Source of the DNA: Vampirovibrionales bacterium
GTDB lineage: Bacteria; Cyanobacteriota; Vampirovibrionia; Vampirovibrionales; Vampirovibrionaceae
Direction: 5' to 3'
DNA: 64,000 nucleotides
NCBI GenBank assembly: GCA_039794365.1
Contig: JBDIVN010000007.1
Coordinates: forward strand, 44,389-108,388
Of the stretch, positions 1 to 10,552 are shown in pieces (positions within the stretch are counted from its first letter, which is position 1; each line of letters opens with the position of its first letter). The position numbers and the translations under genes are program-made. Under the pieces are notes generated by a model. It did not search any database and was not told the DNA's origin. It saw only the letters and a program-made list of their open reading frames with translations.

Positions 1-12
1 AGCGCGGAGCCG

Positions 13-726
13 TTGGGAACCATGCCCACCGCACCGTCTGGAATTCCGGGCACCGTTAAGATCACCTTGGCCAACGGGGAAACTGTCACCCTTCCAGGCT
101 TCCCAGGAAGCACCTCGCAAGCCGTGGAAACCGCCGGCATTAACGGGGCCACGAAAACCCTGCTGGCCAACATGCAAACATTCATTGACAAGCTGGAAAC
201 CGCCGGGGATCTGACCCCTGAGCAGGTGAACATGCTGCGGGATTTGGCCAACGCTGGCCATGAGGTGGCCGAGGTGGAACGGATGCTGGAGGAGGCCGCC
301 ATTGCTTCCGGCGCCGACATCAATGCCTACCGCAACATGACCCTAACCTACAAAGGCGAGACCCACACCGTCACTGAATGGGGCAACTTAATCGGCTATA
401 AGGGCGAAAAAATCGACACCTTTGCGAAAAACCCCTTTGACCGCTCCAAAATGGACTACGCCGACAGCCCCATCGGCATCTTTTCCCTGCGCTATGAAGA
501 GGCCTTGAAAAAAGGCGCCATGGACGACCCTGCCATCAAGACGGTGGTCACTTACCTGGCCAGCGAGATCCTCCTCATTGCCGGGATGGCCGAATACCAA
601 GTGGACAATATGATCACAACCGATGATCTCGCCAGCGGTGCCGCCTCCAAACTGACTCACCTGGATTCCGGCAGCATCTGCAATACCGGCGGCGGCGAAG
701 ACACGGGCGTCTACTGCCCCCAGTAA
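13..726 (+). CDS. hypothetical protein (237 aa ORF; may continue upstream of the window)
   Basis: Long ORF with Ala/Gly/Thr-rich N-terminal part and no recognisable catalytic motif. It starts 12 nt from the window edge, so the true start is uncertain. It is convergent with the minus-strand ORF at 731-1099. Confidence 0.35.
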   Translation: MGTMPTAPSGIPGTVKITLANGETVTLPGFPGSTSQAVETAGINGATKTLLANMQTFIDKLETAGDLTPEQVNMLRDLANAGHEVAEVERMLEEAAIASGADINAYRNMTLTYKGETHTVTEWGNLIGYKGEKIDTFAKNPFDRSKMDYADSPIGIFSLRYEEALKKGAMDDPAIKTVVTYLASEILLIAGMAEYQVDNMITTDDLASGAASKLTHLDSGSICNTGGGEDTGVYCPQ

Positions 727-730
727 ATTA

Positions 731-1099
731 TCAGGCGTTCAGGTACAGGCGCTGGCCCACCGGATTCATCTGACCGCCAAAACCGGGCGCATGGCCCACG
801 TTCTGCGGGTTGGAGATATCCACACCCTTGACCGCCTCCAGGCCGTTGGCCTGGTAGGAACCGAACTTGGTGGACGCCGTGGGTCCGGCGGAAATGCTTT
901 CAAACGGATTGGAGCCGCCTGCAAACGGATTCTGATGGCCGGCCTGATGACTGCCGGTCTGCTGGCCGCCGAAACCAAGTTCGCGGCCCGGCTCCTGCGG
1001 TCTGGCCTGCTGACTCCCGCCCGCCTGCTGCGCACCACCGAGGGCACCCTGAAAGGCGACGTTCAGATCCTGGGGTCTGGGTAAGCCGATTCTTGTCAT
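731..1099 (-). CDS. Gly/Gln/Pro-rich low-complexity hypothetical protein (NPF motifs)
   Basis: 122 aa ORF rich in G/Q/P with repeated NPF and GGxQ motifs and no signal peptide. It overlaps an alternative plus-strand ORF (791-1084), so which frame is coding is unresolved. Confidence 0.3.
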   Translation of the reverse strand: MTRIGLPRPQDLNVAFQGALGGAQQAGGSQQARPQEPGRELGFGGQQTGSHQAGHQNPFAGGSNPFESISAGPTASTKFGSYQANGLEAVKGVDISNPQNVGHAPGFGGQMNPVGQRLYLNA

Positions 1100-1277
1100 T
1101 GTTCCCTCTAATTTCTGTTGCCTTCAACCGCGATATGCGCGTAGCTCCAACTAATAGAATAAAACCCATCATACGGCCCGAATTGTTCTCTACACGCGAG
1201 ATTTAAGATTCCCTTAAGAATGCCTTCAAGATTCTTCAAATTCACCTCAGCCTCCTTGCATTAACACGTTGGGAAAT

Positions 1278-1317
1278 AAAAAAAGGGAAGCCCGTGCCCG
1301 TGAAGGACGGGCTTCCC
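1278..1317 (-). terminator. rho-independent terminator ending the tad operon (minus strand)
   Basis: Perfect 11-bp inverted repeat gggaagcccgt / acgggcttccc with an 11-nt loop. It is preceded on the plus strand by aaaaaaa, which is a T-run on the minus strand just downstream of the stop of the 1378-2262 gene. Confidence 0.6.
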
Positions 1318-1377
1318 TTATGCTTGAGGGGTGTGAACCCTCAAACGGAACGGCATCGTTGTGTGTGGCAAGAGTTC

Positions 1378-2262
1378 TTACGAACTGCTTAGCATTTCCG
1401 ATTCTCCTTGCAGTTCGCGGAGTCTCGCCGTCATCTCCCGGCCCTCCTCGCAGCCCGGCTCCAGGGAGTCGAGCGCCTGACGGACCAGAGAAATCTCTTT
1501 GGACAGCAGGTGGCGCTCCTCCTGCGCCAGGGTCTCGCGCAGACGAATCTTGCGCATTTCCAGGTTCTCAATTTCCAGCAGAAGCTTCAGGTACTGGTGC
1601 GAGCAGGGGTCCACCCCGGCCTGGCGCCGCAGCGCCCCCTGGATCTGATCCTCCAGGATAAAGGCTTCCAAATCTTTCTCGATTCTTCGCCCCTGGCGCA
1701 GCATGTCATAACACCAGAGCAAGGCATCGCGGTGCAGCCGACAGGTTGACGGTCGGGCGCTGGAGAGATCCAGCGATTCCAGATGGGCAATATCCCGGCT
1801 CGTCTGCTGGATGGACTCGCGCACCTTGCGCAGACGGGTCAGCACGCAGACACCGTTAACGTCACGCAGTCCCATTTCCAGGCTCTGACGGCGCTCCTGC
1901 TGCTGAAGCTCCTCCTCTGCCAGCAGCGGCGGATTGGCCGTATCGGCCAAGGCCTCGCCATCGGGCCGGGGCAGGTTCAGATCGTAGGCAATGGCGTCGA
2001 GCAACTCCCCGATGGTGGTGCCAACCTTGGACAGCACCATCTTCAGGGGCGAAGCATCCAGGCCCGCCCGCCGGGCATAGCGCATGGGGACGCCCAGAGG
2101 CGCCAGTTCGGCGCGGCTACCGGAAATACGACCCAGAAACCGGTCCACTTCTTCGCCCAGGTGGACATGGCTGGTTGTAAGTGAAGACAATAGCTGTCCT
2201 CCCCCGACTTGTTGGCCCAAACCGAGTTGCGGGTGCGATTCCCCTTTATTGTGATCCACCAT
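1378..2262 (-). CDS. hypothetical coiled-coil protein, last gene of the tad operon
   Basis: 294 aa ORF with Leu/Glu/Arg-rich predicted coiled-coil C-terminal half and no TM segment. It lies downstream of tadC on the same strand, immediately before the intrinsic terminator. It is neither TPR-like (TadD) nor a peptidase. Confidence 0.45.
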   Translation of the reverse strand: MVDHNKGESHPQLGLGQQVGGGQLLSSLTTSHVHLGEEVDRFLGRISGSRAELAPLGVPMRYARRAGLDASPLKMVLSKVGTTIGELLDAIAYDLNLPRPDGEALADTANPPLLAEEELQQQERRQSLEMGLRDVNGVCVLTRLRKVRESIQQTSRDIAHLESLDLSSARPSTCRLHRDALLWCYDMLRQGRRIEKDLEAFILEDQIQGALRRQAGVDPCSHQYLKLLLEIENLEMRKIRLRETLAQEERHLLSKEISLVRQALDSLEPGCEEGREMTARLRELQGESEMLSSS

Positions 2263-2476
2263 CGTTTGACATCCTTCCCGAAACCTTAACCGTCTCCAAT
2301 TTCCGTCAAGGTCCAGAAGTATGCCGTCGAAAACTCAAACCTGTCTGCTTCTTGATGTCCTCCTTTTGGACATCCTGTCTGCATACCGTGGATGGTAATT
2401 CATACTATACCATCACGCTTGAGGAAAGCCTTCGCATGTTAATGATTTTTTTAAACTTGCCTTCACACAACCGGCT

Positions 2477-3454
2477 TCAGCGCAGCGTGTCCATCCCGCC
2501 GAAGAGGGTGACCACCGTATCGACGAGCACCATGCCGATGGGTCCGAAAATGGTGACGAAGATGGCGGGGAACAGGAAGACGTAGATGGGGATGACCATC
2601 TTGACCGGGATCTTGTTGGCCTTCTCCTCGGCCTTCTGCAGCCGCTTGACCCGCAGGGTGTCCGCCTGCACCCGCAGGGTATGGGCCACGCTGGATCCCA
2701 TCTCGTAGGCCTGCACCAGGGCGTTGATGATGGTGTTGAAGTCATCCACCCCGGTGCGTTTGGCCATGTCCAGCATGGCTTCCTTCCGGGGGCGGCCAAA
2801 AGCCACGTCCTTGTTATAGCGCAACAACTCCTCGCGCAGATAGGTGGAGGTCTTGGCCGTATTCATGTTGGCAATCTTGGAAATGGCCATATCCAGGCCC
2901 AGCCCAGCCTCCACACAGATCACCAGAACATCGAGAAAATCAGGGAGACTTTTCTGGATGCTCTCCTGACGCTTGCCCGCCTGCTGCATCAGCCAGACCA
3001 GGGGCAGGCCGTAACCCGCCAACCCGAAGATCAGGGAAATTGCCACCCCAATGCCCCAGTCTACCCGGCCAATGAGGGTGGTCACCGCAAACAGGAACCC
3101 AAAGATGACAATGCTGGAAAGGAGTTGAATCCCCAGAAACACCTTGGGGTAGTGGGGTTTGAGGAATCCGGCCTGAACCAGCTTCGATTTGACGAACGAC
3201 TTGCTGCCCAGGGGGATGAACTGCTGGGTCTGGTCAAAAATCCGGGTGGCCAGCGGAAAGACGACCCGCTCGGTGAAGGATTTCTCCAGATCCTTCTTGC
3301 GCAGGAGCTTTCGGGCATCTTCCGGCTGGGCGGTACCGCCCAGCTTGCTGACCCGCTCCGCCACCTCCTTGTTCTCACTCTGGTTCAGCACCGCCGCCCC
3401 CACCAGCATGCCAAGGAAGGCGACCACACAGATTACCAGCACTATCATCTCCAT
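2477..3454 (-). CDS. tadC: Flp pilus assembly protein TadC (type II secretion system F-domain inner-membrane protein)
   Basis: Multi-pass membrane protein with GspF/TadC-like domain organisation. Start chosen at the internal MEMIVLV so it sits 4 nt after the tadB stop. Operon context with tadB/cpaF. Confidence 0.85.
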   Translation of the reverse strand: MEMIVLVICVVAFLGMLVGAAVLNQSENKEVAERVSKLGGTAQPEDARKLLRKKDLEKSFTERVVFPLATRIFDQTQQFIPLGSKSFVKSKLVQAGFLKPHYPKVFLGIQLLSSIVIFGFLFAVTTLIGRVDWGIGVAISLIFGLAGYGLPLVWLMQQAGKRQESIQKSLPDFLDVLVICVEAGLGLDMAISKIANMNTAKTSTYLREELLRYNKDVAFGRPRKEAMLDMAKRTGVDDFNTIINALVQAYEMGSSVAHTLRVQADTLRVKRLQKAEEKANKIPVKMVIPIYVFLFPAIFVTIFGPIGMVLVDTVVTLFGGMDTLR

Positions 3455-3458
3455 CGGG

Positions 3459-4436
3459 CTACACCTCGATCTGCACGATTTTGAAAAGGACACAGATGCC
3501 AATAGCCATCCACACCCCAGCGGCAATGAGGATGATGATACCGATGGGGTTGATCACAAACTTGGTGACCGGGTCCGGGAGAAACAGGTAGATGAGTCCC
3601 ATCAGGAAAAAGGGCACACAGGTGACAATGCCGGCGGACAGCTTGCCCTGGGCCGAAATGGCGGATACCTTGCGCTTGAGCTTGTAGCGTTCGCGGATGG
3701 TATGGCTCAGGTTGCCCAGCAACTCGGCCATATTTCCGCCGGTTTCCTTCTGTATGAGCAGCGCCGTCACAAACAGGTCCACGTCGGGGGAGGGAATTCG
3801 CCGCGAAAGGTTGTAGAGGACGGTTTCCTGGTTGGCCCCCAGGTTCATCTCCGCGGCAATCTTGCCGAACTCCGTGCCCCAGGGATCGTCAAAGTTGTCC
3901 GCAATGGTCTGGATGGCCCGGTTAAACCCGAAGCCGGTCTTGAAACAGCTGATAAGCGCATCCAGGATATCGGCAAACTGGGCCGCCGCCTTGCCCATCC
4001 GCAGCCAGATCTTGATGTTGAGCATGGCCACGGGCAGAAAAAGCGCCGCACCGCCGGCAAGAACGGCCACCACCGGGTGCTGGCCCAGAATGAACATGAC
4101 GAAAAGAAACCCCACCACGGCGGTGCCCACGCACATCAGGATAAACTCATTGACCCGGATGGCCATGTTGGCCCGTTCCAGATCCGTTTCGATCCGGTCC
4201 ATGAAGGTTTCATCTTCATCAGGCCGTTTGCGTCGCTTGAGCACCACGTCGTCGTGAGGGCGCATGGAAAGCCCCACACCCTGAACCCGGCCCGTTGGCG
4301 AGGTAATCACCTCCTGCACACGCTCACGCGCCTGCACCGTCCGCTCAAAAAACATCTTGTAAATGCCCATCAGGAACAGAAAAACCGTTCCTGCCACAAT
4401 GAGGATCAGGATGTTATCTGCATTCATAGCACTCAC
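3459..4436 (-). CDS. tadB: Flp pilus assembly protein TadB (T2SS F-domain inner-membrane protein)
   Basis: 325 aa polytopic membrane protein with T2SS-F domain features, immediately downstream of the CpaF/TadA ATPase. Confidence 0.85.
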   Translation of the reverse strand: MSAMNADNILILIVAGTVFLFLMGIYKMFFERTVQARERVQEVITSPTGRVQGVGLSMRPHDDVVLKRRKRPDEDETFMDRIETDLERANMAIRVNEFILMCVGTAVVGFLFVMFILGQHPVVAVLAGGAALFLPVAMLNIKIWLRMGKAAAQFADILDALISCFKTGFGFNRAIQTIADNFDDPWGTEFGKIAAEMNLGANQETVLYNLSRRIPSPDVDLFVTALLIQKETGGNMAELLGNLSHTIRERYKLKRKVSAISAQGKLSAGIVTCVPFFLMGLIYLFLPDPVTKFVINPIGIIILIAAGVWMAIGICVLFKIVQIEV

Positions 4437-4509
4437 TCATACCCGGCAAATTCGGGGCCCTCAATTGTTGTTTTCCACTGCCGCCCGGATTTCAAACCCG
4501 GCTTTGATT

Positions 4510-5946
4510 CTAGATTTCGAACATGGCCATATCGACCTCAACCCCCTCGGCAATGAGGGTTTCCAGAAACTTGGGCCGTACACCCGTATACTTGAACTCA
4601 CCCACAATCTTGCGGTCCTCATCCAGGCCGTACTGCTGGAAGATGAAGATATCCTGCAACAAAACCACGTCGCCCTCCATGCCCACCACCTCGGTGATGT
4701 TCATCACCCGGCGGCTGCCGTCACTGAGACGCGCAGCCTGCACGATGACGTTGACGGCGGAAGCGATCTGCTCCCGAATGGCCTTCTGGGGCAGGTCATA
4801 GCCGGCCATCATCACCATGGTCTCCATACGGCGGATGGCGTCACGCGGGTTGTTGGCGTGAAGCGTCGTCAGCGAACCGTCATGACCCGTGTTCATAGCC
4901 TGAAGCATGTCCAATGCCTCACCGCCACGGCATTCCCCTAGAACAATCCGCTCAGGACGCATACGCAGAGAGTTCTTTACCAGTTCGCGCTGGGTGATCT
5001 CACCCTTGCCCTCGATGTTGGGCGGACGGGTTTCCATTCGGGCCACGTGACGCTGCTGCAGTTGCAGTTCCGCCGTGTCCTCAATGGTGACAATGCGTTC
5101 GCCATCAGGAATAAAACTCGACAGCACGTTCAGCAGGGTGGTTTTACCAGACCCCGTTCCACCAGAGATGACGATATTCAGCCGGGCTTCCACGAAGCCG
5201 CGCAGCAGGGATGCCGCCTGTTCAGTGAGCGTCCCGAAACCGATGAGGTCGTCGATCTTGAAGGGATCTTTCGAGAATTTCCGAATGGTGACCAGGGGGC
5301 CATCCAGGGCCAGCGGCGGAATGACGCAGTTGAAACGCGATCCGTCCTTCAGCCGGGCGTCGCACAGGGGTTGGGTTTCATCCACGCGACGGCCCACGGC
5401 GGACACGATACGGTCAATCACCTGGAGCAGGTGAGCATCGTCCTTGAAACGCACGTCAGACTCGTGGACCTTACCCTTGCGCTCGATGAACACCTGGCGG
5501 GGGCCATTGATCATGATCTCGGTGATGCTGGGATCGCGCAGCAAAGGCTCCAGCGGTCCCAGGCCCATTGTTTCGTTGAGGATCTCCTCCACCAGGCGCT
5601 CCCGGTCGGAGGAGGTCATCAGGGCCTCCTCCTCCATCAGCAGCTGGCTGATGGCGTGCTTGATCTGAAGGCGCAACTGGGCGTCATTCCCCTCGGCGAT
5701 CCGGGTGAGATCGATCTCCTCAATGAGCCGCCGGTGAATCTTCGCCTTGAGGTCCGTTTCCGAATCCTCCTTCACGTCCGCATAGGGGTCCTTCGTCGGC
5801 TTGAAGGTCTCCTTCTTGAGCGGCGGCATGGGAGGAGCCGAAGCAGCGGGTTTTTCCACGGCCTCGGCAGCCGGTGTCTCACCGGATTCCTTGTCGTCAG
5901 GCCCTTTACGGCCCCATTTACCCCAGTTCTGTTTTGCGAATGACAT
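4510..5946 (-). CDS. cpaF: Tad pilus secretion ATPase CpaF/TadA
   Basis: Walker A (GGTGSGKTT), Asp box, Walker B and His box of the VirB11/GspE ATPase superfamily. N-terminal Lys/Pro-rich extension. Start set at MSFAKQNW, giving about 29 nt overlap with the cpaE stop. Confidence 0.9.
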   Translation of the reverse strand: MSFAKQNWGKWGRKGPDDKESGETPAAEAVEKPAASAPPMPPLKKETFKPTKDPYADVKEDSETDLKAKIHRRLIEEIDLTRIAEGNDAQLRLQIKHAISQLLMEEEALMTSSDRERLVEEILNETMGLGPLEPLLRDPSITEIMINGPRQVFIERKGKVHESDVRFKDDAHLLQVIDRIVSAVGRRVDETQPLCDARLKDGSRFNCVIPPLALDGPLVTIRKFSKDPFKIDDLIGFGTLTEQAASLLRGFVEARLNIVISGGTGSGKTTLLNVLSSFIPDGERIVTIEDTAELQLQQRHVARMETRPPNIEGKGEITQRELVKNSLRMRPERIVLGECRGGEALDMLQAMNTGHDGSLTTLHANNPRDAIRRMETMVMMAGYDLPQKAIREQIASAVNVIVQAARLSDGSRRVMNITEVVGMEGDVVLLQDIFIFQQYGLDEDRKIVGEFKYTGVRPKFLETLIAEGVEVDMAMFEI

Positions 5947-7180
5947 CCGTCGGGCTTCCTTTTTTCTTGATACCCGTAAAGAGTTTGCCCAGCAGACCAC
6001 CCTTCTCCTCGGACGGCTCCGCCTGCACGTTTTCACCGCTTACCATCGACGCCAGCTGGCGGATGGCCTTGACCAGCTCGTCGTTGGGCTTCACCTTGGC
6101 CAGGACACAGCCCAGGCTGTTGGCCTCCACGTTGAGTTCCCAATTGTTGGGAAGCCGGGCAAAGATGGGGTAGCCGAACTGCTCCTCCACGCTTTCATTG
6201 CTCATGCCGTAGGCGGCCTTGCGGGTCCAGCGGTTCATCACCAGCTTGACCTTGCCCATGTCCAGGTATTGGCGGGCGAGATCCAGGTACTGGCGCGTCC
6301 GCGACAGGCTGGGAATATCCAGGCTGGCCACCAGCAGGATGAGATCCGAGCGCTCGATCATATACTGGTGGTAGGGGTCCAGCACATGGGTCGGCAAATC
6401 CACCACCACATGGGTATAGTGGTCCGCCAGAAAACTCACCGTCCGCTCCAGCAGTTCCGGAGAAATCATGTCGTGATCGTCAAGAACGCTCTTGCTCCCC
6501 ACCACCACGTGCAGACCGCTTTCGTGAGCCACGGGAATCCGTTTCATCAGCTGGATATCCAGTTCATCGGGGTTGGTGTCCGACAGATCGCCCACGGCAT
6601 AGCTGGGGTTGAGGTTCAGCATCACCGCCGTGTTGCTGAAAACCTGGTCCAGGTCGAAGAGGACCACAGAGGCGCCGTCCTGCTCACCCAACTCGTAAGC
6701 GAGATTCACCGCCACGGTGGAGCAGCCGGACCCGCCCTTGGCTGAGAACACGGTGATGAGCTGCCCCTTCTCCTTCGGCTGGGAGGGTTCCTGCTTGCCC
6801 CGGTTGATCATGGCCAGGTACTTGCGCAGGGCCAGTTCCAGCTTTTCCTCCTCGTCGGGGTACTGGATGAACTCCTTGGCGCCGTTTTTCACCGCATCCA
6901 GAATGGTCTGGTGATCCAGGGTGCGGTGCAGGGCAAAAATCGTGCAGGGACTGTCCGGGTTCATGCTGATGGTCTGCATAAACAGCCCGCCGTCGAGTTC
7001 GCGTCCGGTCAAATCGATAACGATGATATCCGGGGCCGCCTGCTGGCATTTCATGGCTGCGTCGGACAGTTCCAGCACAACACCGTCAAAGTCGATATAG
7101 TCCAGCCCCTGCAACTGCGAATACAGTGCAGATCGTGTCTCCTCAGAGCTTGCGACGGCGACGACCTTCAGGTTCTGCAT
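5918..7180 (-). CDS. cpaE: Pilus assembly protein CpaE/TadZ (receiver-like domain plus ParA/MinD-type ATPase)
   Basis: N-terminal CheY-like domain. C-terminal deviant Walker A (SAKGGSGCSTVAVNLA) typical of MinD/ParA-like TadZ. Sits between secretin and ATPase genes. Confidence 0.85.
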   Translation of the reverse strand: MQNLKVVAVASSEETRSALYSQLQGLDYIDFDGVVLELSDAAMKCQQAAPDIIVIDLTGRELDGGLFMQTISMNPDSPCTIFALHRTLDHQTILDAVKNGAKEFIQYPDEEEKLELALRKYLAMINRGKQEPSQPKEKGQLITVFSAKGGSGCSTVAVNLAYELGEQDGASVVLFDLDQVFSNTAVMLNLNPSYAVGDLSDTNPDELDIQLMKRIPVAHESGLHVVVGSKSVLDDHDMISPELLERTVSFLADHYTHVVVDLPTHVLDPYHQYMIERSDLILLVASLDIPSLSRTRQYLDLARQYLDMGKVKLVMNRWTRKAAYGMSNESVEEQFGYPIFARLPNNWELNVEANSLGCVLAKVKPNDELVKAIRQLASMVSGENVQAEPSEEKGGLLGKLFTGIKKKGSPTDVIRKTELG

Positions 7181-7304
7181 GATGAGTACGACAAAGGTTT
7201 GCTGGCTTCCTCAATAGCGGGATCGAACAGGAACGTTGCTCGAAAAACGCTTAGTATCACTATCGGCAGGGTCCGGCAATTCTTTACCGGACCCTGCCCA
7301 TTCT

Positions 7305-9308
7305 TCATCTGGAAGAGGCGGCTGGCGTATTGGGCACCATCATCACTTCAGGCTGGATGATGACCACCATCTCCCGGTCCCGGCGATCCGACCACTTGTT
7401 GCGGAAAAAGGACCCGATGATCGGGATGGAGCCGATACCCGGAAACTTGCTGGCGGCATCGGTTTCCTCCTGGTTAAACAGGCCGGCCATCACGAAGCTC
7501 TGGCCTTCCTCCAGTTCCACGGTAGTCTGGAAGCGCCGCGTAGCGAAGCCGGGCACCACCACCTGGTTGGTGGAGACGGAGTTGGCGTTGTCCACGCTGC
7601 TGACCTCCGGGGCGATCTGCATATGGATCTTCCCGTCGTCCTTCACGGTGGCCACCAGGTTCAGGCGGATGCCGAACTCGTGGAATTGCACGGAAATCTG
7701 ACCGTTGGTCCCGATGACCGGAATGGGGACCTCACCCCCGGCCAGGAAACTGGACTTCTCGCCGCTGAGCATGGTCAGGACGGGTTCAGCCAGGGTGCGG
7801 GCCTTGCGGCGCTCCACCAGAGCGCTGATGGCCAGAGCATGCTTCTGGTTCAGGGTCAGGAACTGGGTCACCCCGTCACCGAAGATGGGGTTCACCCCCG
7901 CCCCGAAGGAGGCGGTTCGTGAAACGGAGTCCGCTGCAGCATTCCCAGAGGTTCTGTTCAGGGTCTGCCCAATAATGCTGCCCGTATCCTGGGGATCGAA
8001 CGTAGCAATCGGCTTACCCGGAGCGGGTGACTGGGTGCCGCTAAAACTGCCCACGCCCACGTCGCCGTAGTTGGCCAGGTAGTTGGAACCCAGTTGCTTG
8101 AGGGCAGTGCGGCTCACGTCAAGAATCTTGACCCGCGCCCGGATCTGGGGACGGTAGGCCACTTCCAGCATACTCACCACGTTGCCCGACGCATCGGTAA
8201 TAATCGACCCCTGCAGGATGTTGATGTCCATGTTGTCGTTGAATGAGTTGGAACTCTGGAACTGGGCGTTCCCCGTCGGGCGCACCGCGTTGCCGCCGGG
8301 ACCGGTGACCACCTGCAGGCCGGGCTGCCCGTAGAAAATACTGGCCGTGTTCACCGCCTTGCTCACATGGGAAGCCATGCGCACCTTGCCGGTCAGCAGC
8401 ACTTTTTCCACACCGTCCGAACCGGGCACCACCTCCATCTCGATGCTGGGATCAATCTCCTTTAGCATCTCGCGCACGGCCTGGGCCTTGGTGGACGGCT
8501 CGCCCTGGATCTCAATCAGGTTGATGATGTTGGGGGCCGAACCCGGTGTCGCCGTGCCGGGAGACAGGCTGCTCTGCTGAACCGTTCCGGCGGTCCCCGC
8601 GTTTCCCGCAAAGTAGGCCCGCGAGATTTCCACCGCCAGTTGGGACTGTTCGCGCGACTCCGCCATGCCGGTGAGAATGACCGAATCCACCGCCGCCATG
8701 GGCATCACGTTGATGCGCGGATTGATCATGCGGATCTGCTTGGCCAGCACGGAAACATCGCGGTGGACGTTGATGTCAATCACCGCGTACTTGTCCGGCT
8801 CGTTGTTGTCCCAGATGAGCAGGTTGGCCACGCCCACGCTGTTGCCCACGAGCTGGATCTGGGTGGGTGAGATCACCACGACGCTGGCGATCTCAGGGTT
8901 GCTGATCGCGACCCGGCTGGTTGGGTTGTTCAGGTTGATGATGTGCGCCTTGCCCAGAGTGAGGTCCACCTCTTCCAGGGTGGCGGTCAGTCCGCCCTTG
9001 ATGAGGGTTCCCGGCGAGGTCAGGTTTTGGGCTTTCAGGAAGTGCTGGCCCGGCAGCCGGTTGTCGGCGTTGCGATCCATCACCGGCTCAGGGAACTTCT
9101 GCTTGGAGACAGCCGGAATGGCCGCCGTCCTCAATTCTTTCGGTTCAGCCCTCTTTGCCGTTGGCGTCACGACCTCCATTTTGGCCTTGTCCAAAAAGGA
9201 TACCGGAATCTGCTCCTCCTCACCGTACACCATGGTACGGCTGGGTCCCACAGTCATCAGCACCACCAGGCTGCTTAAGAGAAAAGCAGCAAACTTCTTG
9301 CATTTCAT
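7305..9308 (-). CDS. cpaC: Tad secretin CpaC/RcpA (outer-membrane channel)
   Basis: Signal peptide. C-terminal secretin domain motifs (VVPGFATRRF...GQSFVMAGLF...PGIGSIPIIGSFF). At 667 aa it is long for the family and has Gly/Ser/Thr-rich insertions. Confidence 0.85.
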   Translation of the reverse strand: MKCKKFAAFLLSSLVVLMTVGPSRTMVYGEEEQIPVSFLDKAKMEVVTPTAKRAEPKELRTAAIPAVSKQKFPEPVMDRNADNRLPGQHFLKAQNLTSPGTLIKGGLTATLEEVDLTLGKAHIINLNNPTSRVAISNPEIASVVVISPTQIQLVGNSVGVANLLIWDNNEPDKYAVIDINVHRDVSVLAKQIRMINPRINVMPMAAVDSVILTGMAESREQSQLAVEISRAYFAGNAGTAGTVQQSSLSPGTATPGSAPNIINLIEIQGEPSTKAQAVREMLKEIDPSIEMEVVPGSDGVEKVLLTGKVRMASHVSKAVNTASIFYGQPGLQVVTGPGGNAVRPTGNAQFQSSNSFNDNMDINILQGSIITDASGNVVSMLEVAYRPQIRARVKILDVSRTALKQLGSNYLANYGDVGVGSFSGTQSPAPGKPIATFDPQDTGSIIGQTLNRTSGNAAADSVSRTASFGAGVNPIFGDGVTQFLTLNQKHALAISALVERRKARTLAEPVLTMLSGEKSSFLAGGEVPIPVIGTNGQISVQFHEFGIRLNLVATVKDDGKIHMQIAPEVSSVDNANSVSTNQVVVPGFATRRFQTTVELEEGQSFVMAGLFNQEETDAASKFPGIGSIPIIGSFFRNKWSDRRDREMVVIIQPEVMMVPNTPAASSR

Positions 9309-9499
9309 GGGCAGGTATTCCTCAACCTTTTGCTCTCGATCACGAACTATCCGCTCAACAACAATGTCAGTTTATGTCAATCATCGCTAAACACCCGGCA
9401 AAAAAGCTCTCCCTACAGTCCGTCTGTCATTTCAACAACATTTTTTGCCGCTTGAATGATACCTCTTACATTATACAGCCTCCAGGAAGGCTCCCGGCC

Positions 9500-10552
9500 T
9501 CAGAAATTCACGGAGGAACGGGCGGTGCCCTCGATCAGTTCGATATTGACCCCCGGATTTTTTACCAGTGCAGGCGCCGGGGCCGGCGCAGGCTCCGCTG
9601 GTTTCGACGATTCGCCGGAAGGCTCGTCATCCGGTTCATGAAACGGCCATCCGGCCACATCGGTGTCCCCCAGCAGCAGTTGGGCGGAACTGACACCGGG
9701 CGCCTCGGCGATGGATTGATCGCCCTCCGGACGCAGGGCCAGGTGAATCTCCGCCGACTCCTGGGCCAGGGCGATTTTCTCGGCCTGTTCCGGCGTCAGG
9801 GCCAGGGTGACGGACGAGGTCATTTTCGCCCGCTTCTCAGCTTCACGCTTCGCCTTTTCTCGTGCTTTCCGCTCTTTTTCCAGGTCACGGTCCGACTTTT
9901 GCTTCTTCTTTTTTCCGGAGTCGTCGTCTTCAGTGGCCTCGTTGGTCAGGACTTCCGGCTTGTCGATGGCCACATCGGTTTCATCCACCATGGTCTGGGC
10001 CGAAGCCATCACCACCACGTTCTGAACAATGGTTCGGGTCACGTAATGCTTGCCCGACCCCCTGTTGCTGCGGATCTCGAAGGTGGCCATCACGTCCACG
10101 TGGTCCCCCGGCTTCACAAAGCCGGCCACACCCTTGACTTCGCTGACTCCGACGGAAACCGCCCGGTAACCGTCCGGGATCATCACCGGCATACCCACCC
10201 GCGAGTTGTCCCTGGTCAGCTTCTGCTTGTAGACGATTTCGCCGGGAACCAGGTCGGATTTCACCATGCGGCCCACCAGGTCAATCTTGTTTTCGAAGTA
10301 ACTGTTGGGCACGAGGAACTTCTTCGGCCAGTCCACCGTTTTCAACTGGGAGGCCATCAGAACGGTCCCCATCGGCACATATTCCGAAGCAACAATGACC
10401 TTCTGGGTTTCCACGGCCTTGGGCTTCTCAGCGGACGTGGTCTTCATCATGTTGGTAAAGAGCACGGCGGTGACGACAGCCATGACAATGGCACCCAGCA
10501 GAAACAGATGACCCGTCTTGAACGGCATCCCACCACCAGACTTGCGTGGCAT
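9500..10552 (-). CDS. cpaB: Flp pilus assembly protein CpaB/RcpC (SAF-domain periplasmic protein)
   Basis: N-terminal membrane anchor, SAF-like region and CpaB-type beta domain. Carries a Lys/Glu/Arg-rich charged insertion and a Pro-Ala-rich acidic C-terminal tail. GAGG RBS 8 nt upstream of the ATG at 10552. Confidence 0.8.
   Translation of the reverse strand: MPRKSGGGMPFKTGHLFLLGAIVMAVVTAVLFTNMMKTTSAEKPKAVETQKVIVASEYVPMGTVLMASQLKTVDWPKKFLVPNSYFENKIDLVGRMVKSDLVPGEIVYKQKLTRDNSRVGMPVMIPDGYRAVSVGVSEVKGVAGFVKPGDHVDVMATFEIRSNRGSGKHYVTRTIVQNVVVMASAQTMVDETDVAIDKPEVLTNEATEDDDSGKKKKQKSDRDLEKERKAREKAKREAEKRAKMTSSVTLALTPEQAEKIALAQESAEIHLALRPEGDQSIAEAPGVSSAQLLLGDTDVAGWPFHEPDDEPSGESSKPAEPAPAPAPALVKNPGVNIELIEGTARSSVNF

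Noticed and set aside
3189-4556. 455-aa plus-strand ORF across tadB/tadC
   Set aside because: Antisense to the tadB/tadC membrane proteins. His/Arg/Gly-rich nonsense composition.
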